Assembly (NCBI GenBank): GCA_963793265.1
Contig: CAWBZI010000006.1
Coordinates: 160,001 to 224,000, forward strand
Reading direction: 5' to 3'
Source: an uncultured cyanobacterium
GTDB lineage: Bacteria; Cyanobacteriota; Cyanobacteriia; Phormidesmidales; Phormidesmidaceae
Length of the DNA: 64,000 nt
The translations under genes and the position numbers were made by a program. Every line of letters starts with the position of its first letter. The first letter of the stretch is position 1. Below the pieces are notes generated by a model. The model was not told the origin of the DNA, ran no database searches, and saw only the letters and a list, made by a program, of their open reading frames with translations. Below are positions 60,166 to 64,000 of the stretch, piece after piece.

Positions 60166-62178
60166 ATGAAGGTGCAAATCAAACCCTGGCAGATCGCAGT
60201 GCTGATAGCGCCGGTTGCAGCCATTGTAGTGTTTCTACTCATCGCTGCCGGTCAGCAGATTCGAGCGTGGGGCATTAACTGGATTTGGGCCGTTGTCATC
60301 TTTGTGCTGCTTGGGTGGCGCTGGCTGCTGGTTCGCTGGACAAGTCCAGCCATGGCCCAGGCGGAAGCGCTAGTGTCTGAAGTCACGGCTGAACTAGAAG
60401 TCGCTGCCACCGAAGCAGAAGCAGTGTATCAGGCTCAAGGAGACAGCGGCGCGCAGGCAGAAGCTGCTTTAGAAAATATCTTACGAAGCGCGCAGGACGA
60501 TCCGCCGGTTTGGGATGACTGGTCGCTGTTTTGGCAGCGCTGTTTGGCGCTAGTAAGAGCCATTTCTCAGGCTTATCATCCTGAAGTGAAGCGTCCGCTG
60601 CTGAGTATCTATGTGCCAGAAGCCTACGGCCTAATTAGAGGCACCGTAGATGATACCGATCGGATGATGCAAAAGCTTTCTCCGGTACTCAGTCAGGTTT
60701 CGATTGGGCAAATGGTAGAGGGTGTTGAGGTATATCGAAAGCTAGAGCCATCGGCTAAAAAGGTAATTAAGGCTTTTAACTGGGCGCAGTGGGCCTTGAA
60801 CCCGGCGGCGGCGATCGCTCGCCAGACCAGCTCTAAATATAGCGATCGCGCCAACCAGCAGATCTTACTCAACCTCAGCAACCTGCTCCGTGAAAGTGCC
60901 CTGCGCAATCTCGCCCAGCAGGCAGTCGCGCTGTACGGGGGCGGTGCTAAAGTCGCCTTCGAGAACATTTCGACGCAGACGACAGCGGCCATAGCCGAAG
61001 CTAAAACCCAAACGCTCAAAGAGATTTTAGAGCGCGCTGAGCCCGCTGAAGCGGTTGAACAAAAGCCCGTCAGCATTCTATTAGTCGGTCGTACAGGTGC
61101 AGGCAAGAGCAGTCTTATTAATACATTATTTCAGGCGAACAGAGCGGCAGTTGATGTGCTCCCGAGTACCGACAGAATTCAGAGCTATCAGTGGCAGCTT
61201 CCCGGACGACTTGCCACTGGACTTCCTACCACTGGACTTCCTAATGGTGATGCCCCTCGTGAAGCCTTAACACTGTGGGATACGCCAGGCTACGAACAAG
61301 TAAAGCGCGACGATTTGAGGGCTCAGGTCATTGACTATGCCAGCGAAGCCGATCTGCTGCTGCTAGTAACCCCTGCTCTAGACCCGGCCCTGCGGGTAGA
61401 CGCCGATTTCCTCAGAGAGATACGTCAGGAAATCGACGATGTGCCTATCATCGCAGCCGTGAGCCAGGTAGATAGGCTGCGACCTATTCGCGAATGGAGT
61501 CCGCCTTACCACTGGCGCACCGGGTCTTGGCCTAAAGAAACGTCTATTCGAGAAGCCGTAAACTATCGCGCAGAGCAGCTAGGTGAGTTTTGTGAGCAGG
61601 TGTTGCCGATTGTGACGCAAGATGCTCAAAACAGCGGCCAGAAGGGGAAAGAAAGGGCCGCTTGGGGAGATGATGAGCTGTCGGCGGCTTTGATGAGTGC
61701 GATCGCCCCAGCAAAGCAGCTTCGCCTGGCCCGGTTCTTTCGCAGCCGCAGCGCCCGCACAGCTGCTGCTGCTAAAATCATCGACCGCTACACCTTTCAA
61801 ATGACCACGACTGAAGGGCTTGCCAAGCTCTTAAAAAGCCCGATCTTACAGTTCATCTCCACAATGACAACCGGAACGCCTGCGCTGGGCGCGCTACTCA
61901 CTGAAAAAATTCCAGTTGAAGACGTGCCGATTGTGCTGGGTAAATTGCAAATGGCCTACGAACTGTTTTCTCTATTGAGTGAAGAAAGCGGTTGGAAGGC
62001 AACCGGCACAGCTAGTTTCGATTTGTTAGCGCTGTGGCCGCTGTTGCTCAGGAATAGTGATCGCGCTGCCGATAAGCAGGCATGGGCACTAGGCCAAGCG
62101 CTGGTTGAATATTGGAGTCAAAATATTCCGATTGATCAGGTAGAAGACAGAATTGTCTTTTACTTAAATAATCCGTAG
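60166..62178 (+). CDS. Membrane-anchored GTPase family protein (Era/YcjF-like G domain)
   Basis: Two N-terminal TM segments; GRTGAGKSS and WDTPG; degenerate G4 SQVD. Confidence 0.8.
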   Translation: MKVQIKPWQIAVLIAPVAAIVVFLLIAAGQQIRAWGINWIWAVVIFVLLGWRWLLVRWTSPAMAQAEALVSEVTAELEVAATEAEAVYQAQGDSGAQAEAALENILRSAQDDPPVWDDWSLFWQRCLALVRAISQAYHPEVKRPLLSIYVPEAYGLIRGTVDDTDRMMQKLSPVLSQVSIGQMVEGVEVYRKLEPSAKKVIKAFNWAQWALNPAAAIARQTSSKYSDRANQQILLNLSNLLRESALRNLAQQAVALYGGGAKVAFENISTQTTAAIAEAKTQTLKEILERAEPAEAVEQKPVSILLVGRTGAGKSSLINTLFQANRAAVDVLPSTDRIQSYQWQLPGRLATGLPTTGLPNGDAPREALTLWDTPGYEQVKRDDLRAQVIDYASEADLLLLVTPALDPALRVDADFLREIRQEIDDVPIIAAVSQVDRLRPIREWSPPYHWRTGSWPKETSIREAVNYRAEQLGEFCEQVLPIVTQDAQNSGQKGKERAAWGDDELSAALMSAIAPAKQLRLARFFRSRSARTAAAAKIIDRYTFQMTTTEGLAKLLKSPILQFISTMTTGTPALGALLTEKIPVEDVPIVLGKLQMAYELFSLLSEESGWKATGTASFDLLALWPLLLRNSDRAADKQAWALGQALVEYWSQNIPIDQVEDRIVFYLNNP

Positions 62179-62221
62179 CGCTGGCGTGGAAAATCAACAG
62201 CTTTCCTTTCAAAAAGACAAA

Positions 62222-63334
62222 TTAAAAAGGATGAATCCATGCGCGCTTAAAGAGTCGCTGCGACACATCCGGGAAGCCGCCATTAGTCCATGACTTAAGT
62301 AGCGTCATCGATCTAGGGGCCTGCAATCGAGGGAGGGCATAGCAGGAAGTGTGCGACCTAACGACAGGATCATCAGTTACCAGCACCGCAGATTGTAGAC
62401 AGGATTCAGCAACTTGAGTTCGCGATTGTGGGCAAGAGCGATTGTAAGGAAACGCTAGGTGTTTTGGTTGAACACCCGTTTGCTTAATCATGTGCTCAAT
62501 AGAAAGGGTCATCTCTTCAGCCGTTTGATCGCTATGGGTACATAGATCTATATGGTTGGAGGTATGCACGCCTAGCGTGATATTGGGGTACTGTTTCTGC
62601 AGCTGCCTGACTTCGTTCCAGTTCAGCGTGAGCCGAGGCGGATAAGCTGTTGGCGCTAGCTGTTGATCGATGTCAGCTAGGATTGTTTGTCTTTGAGCAA
62701 CACTGGCTTTGGTTAAGCAGTTAGCGATCGCACCATAGGCCGCTTGTTGTTGTTTGCTGGTCGCTAAGCTCCAACTGCCAATAGGCGGAATTGATAGATA
62801 ATCATTAGCGCGCGCTCTAAAAGCAGAATAGACAACATCAATCCACTGGTTTTCTTCAGCCTCTACATAACCAGTTGCAAGATAGATGGTTGCTGGCAAA
62901 TCATACTTTGACAAAATAGGAGCCGCTACCATAAGATTGTTGCGATACCCGTCATCAAAAGTTATGGCGACAGTGCCTCGATTAATCGGCTCACCTAATG
63001 CTAACTGTCCGATCAAATGTTCGATAGAAACAACCTGACGATACCGCGCCAAAAACTGCATCTGCTGCTCAAAGGCTTCAGCAGAGAGGCTATTACAGGG
63101 ATCTATCCACTGTTCTTCTTCAGTAGAGTGTACGCTATGGTACATCAAGATAGAAGCTACCGCTCCGCGCTGAAGACGGGCATACAATGAAGTAACTCCA
63201 AGCTGATAAGAGAGTAAGTGAAGGCGCTTGAGTATGTGTTCTTTAGGCGTATAAGAAGGTGTTGTATCGAATGGAAGAAGCGCTATAGGCAGCTGTGATA
63301 GAGAGGTTGTTGTAGATGATGCCATAGCTCTCAA
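62222..63334 (-). CDS. Polysaccharide deacetylase (NodB/CE4)
   Basis: ILMYHSV, AITFDDGY, GVHTSNH and LAFPY motifs. Confidence 0.85.
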   Translation of the reverse strand: MRAMASSTTTSLSQLPIALLPFDTTPSYTPKEHILKRLHLLSYQLGVTSLYARLQRGAVASILMYHSVHSTEEEQWIDPCNSLSAEAFEQQMQFLARYRQVVSIEHLIGQLALGEPINRGTVAITFDDGYRNNLMVAAPILSKYDLPATIYLATGYVEAEENQWIDVVYSAFRARANDYLSIPPIGSWSLATSKQQQAAYGAIANCLTKASVAQRQTILADIDQQLAPTAYPPRLTLNWNEVRQLQKQYPNITLGVHTSNHIDLCTHSDQTAEEMTLSIEHMIKQTGVQPKHLAFPYNRSCPQSRTQVAESCLQSAVLVTDDPVVRSHTSCYALPRLQAPRSMTLLKSWTNGGFPDVSQRLFKRAWIHPF

Positions 63335-63524
63335 GCAAGTAATTTCTTGAATAAGCGGCCCTGTTTACTGAGTCCTTATCTCTCTACAGAGTCAGATGTC
63401 CTTTGATATGTTCCGTAGACCACTTTTCGAATTACCTAAAAAGGAAAAGGCGCAGCTTTCTAGTGCTTGCGCCTCTAGTTACTACGCCTCTGAATGACTA
63501 CGCTACAACCCGTGCGGGTTCGTG

Positions 63525-63983
63525 TTATGCCGCAGATACCAGTACAGAATCGCCTTCAACTTTTGCAGCATATGCTTTCAATGGAGCGTCTGCCGGGCCT
63601 TCAGCTACACTGCCGTCAGGATTGAACTTGGAACCATGACAGGGACAGGCGAACAGATCTTCTTGCCAGGCAACCGCGCAACCGGCATGGGTGCATTTTG
63701 CACTCAAGGCAATCAGGCTCTCTGCATTCGCAGGATCTTGAATCACAATAACCGGCTCGTCGAAAGTCGAATCGTCACTGAGATATCCCTGTTCTGATAG
63801 TTCTGCGGTGGTGCCAATAGCCGTGAAGTCCGCTGCAATGCTCGTAGGCTCAGCAGAGGTGGCTTCTGGAGTCGTGGCCGTCGTTTCTTCGGTTGCTTCG
63901 GGGGTGCAAGCAGCGATCGCAACCGGTAAAGAAGTCGCAATAGCCCCTACGCCCATCCAGTTCATAAAGTCACGGCGATTCAT
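63525..63983 (-). CDS. Small Rieske [2Fe-2S] protein, Tat-exported lipoprotein (PetC3-like)
   Basis: MNRRDF Tat motif, IAAC lipobox, CTHAGC and CPCHGS boxes. Confidence 0.88.
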   Translation of the reverse strand: MNRRDFMNWMGVGAIATSLPVAIAACTPEATEETTATTPEATSAEPTSIAADFTAIGTTAELSEQGYLSDDSTFDEPVIVIQDPANAESLIALSAKCTHAGCAVAWQEDLFACPCHGSKFNPDGSVAEGPADAPLKAYAAKVEGDSVLVSAA

Positions 63984-64000
63984 AAGTCAATCCTCTCAAA

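Overview
Cyanobacterial chromosomal window, shown by frequent HIP1 GCGATCGC octamers and by psaF/psaJ/psaL, CP12, Tic22 and an NdhV-like gene. A Leptolyngbya/Phormidesmis/Synechococcus PCC 7335-like host is an inference from composition and gene style only. The left end holds a scytonemin (UV-A sunscreen) locus: an anthranilate synthase truncated by the window edge lies head-to-head with scyA-scyB-scyC, followed by a ScyD/E-family and a ScyF-like PEP-CTERM gene. Next come a co-oriented trio (1835-aa TPS/adhesin-CHAT protease, gamma-glutamyltransferase, circularly permuted ATP-grasp ligase), a Rof/YaeO-like small protein, ald, psaF-psaJ-psaL, tsaD, a stand-alone GlnD-like ACT-ACT protein and an atypical CP12. 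An accessory stress block follows (LuxR/DJ-1, BrnT toxin-antitoxin pair, P-type ATPase/USP, AraC/SnoaL), then tRNA-Pro(TGG) and housekeeping genes (coaBC, purH, gmd/fcl). The right part has a matrixin with a His/Cys tail behind a structured leader, an intact tnpB-only IS200/IS605 element with readable ends, a GTPase, a polysaccharide deacetylase and a Rieske protein. Three genes carry single-base homopolymer frameshifts. No CRISPR array was seen. All family calls come from motif recognition by eye; no database searches were run.
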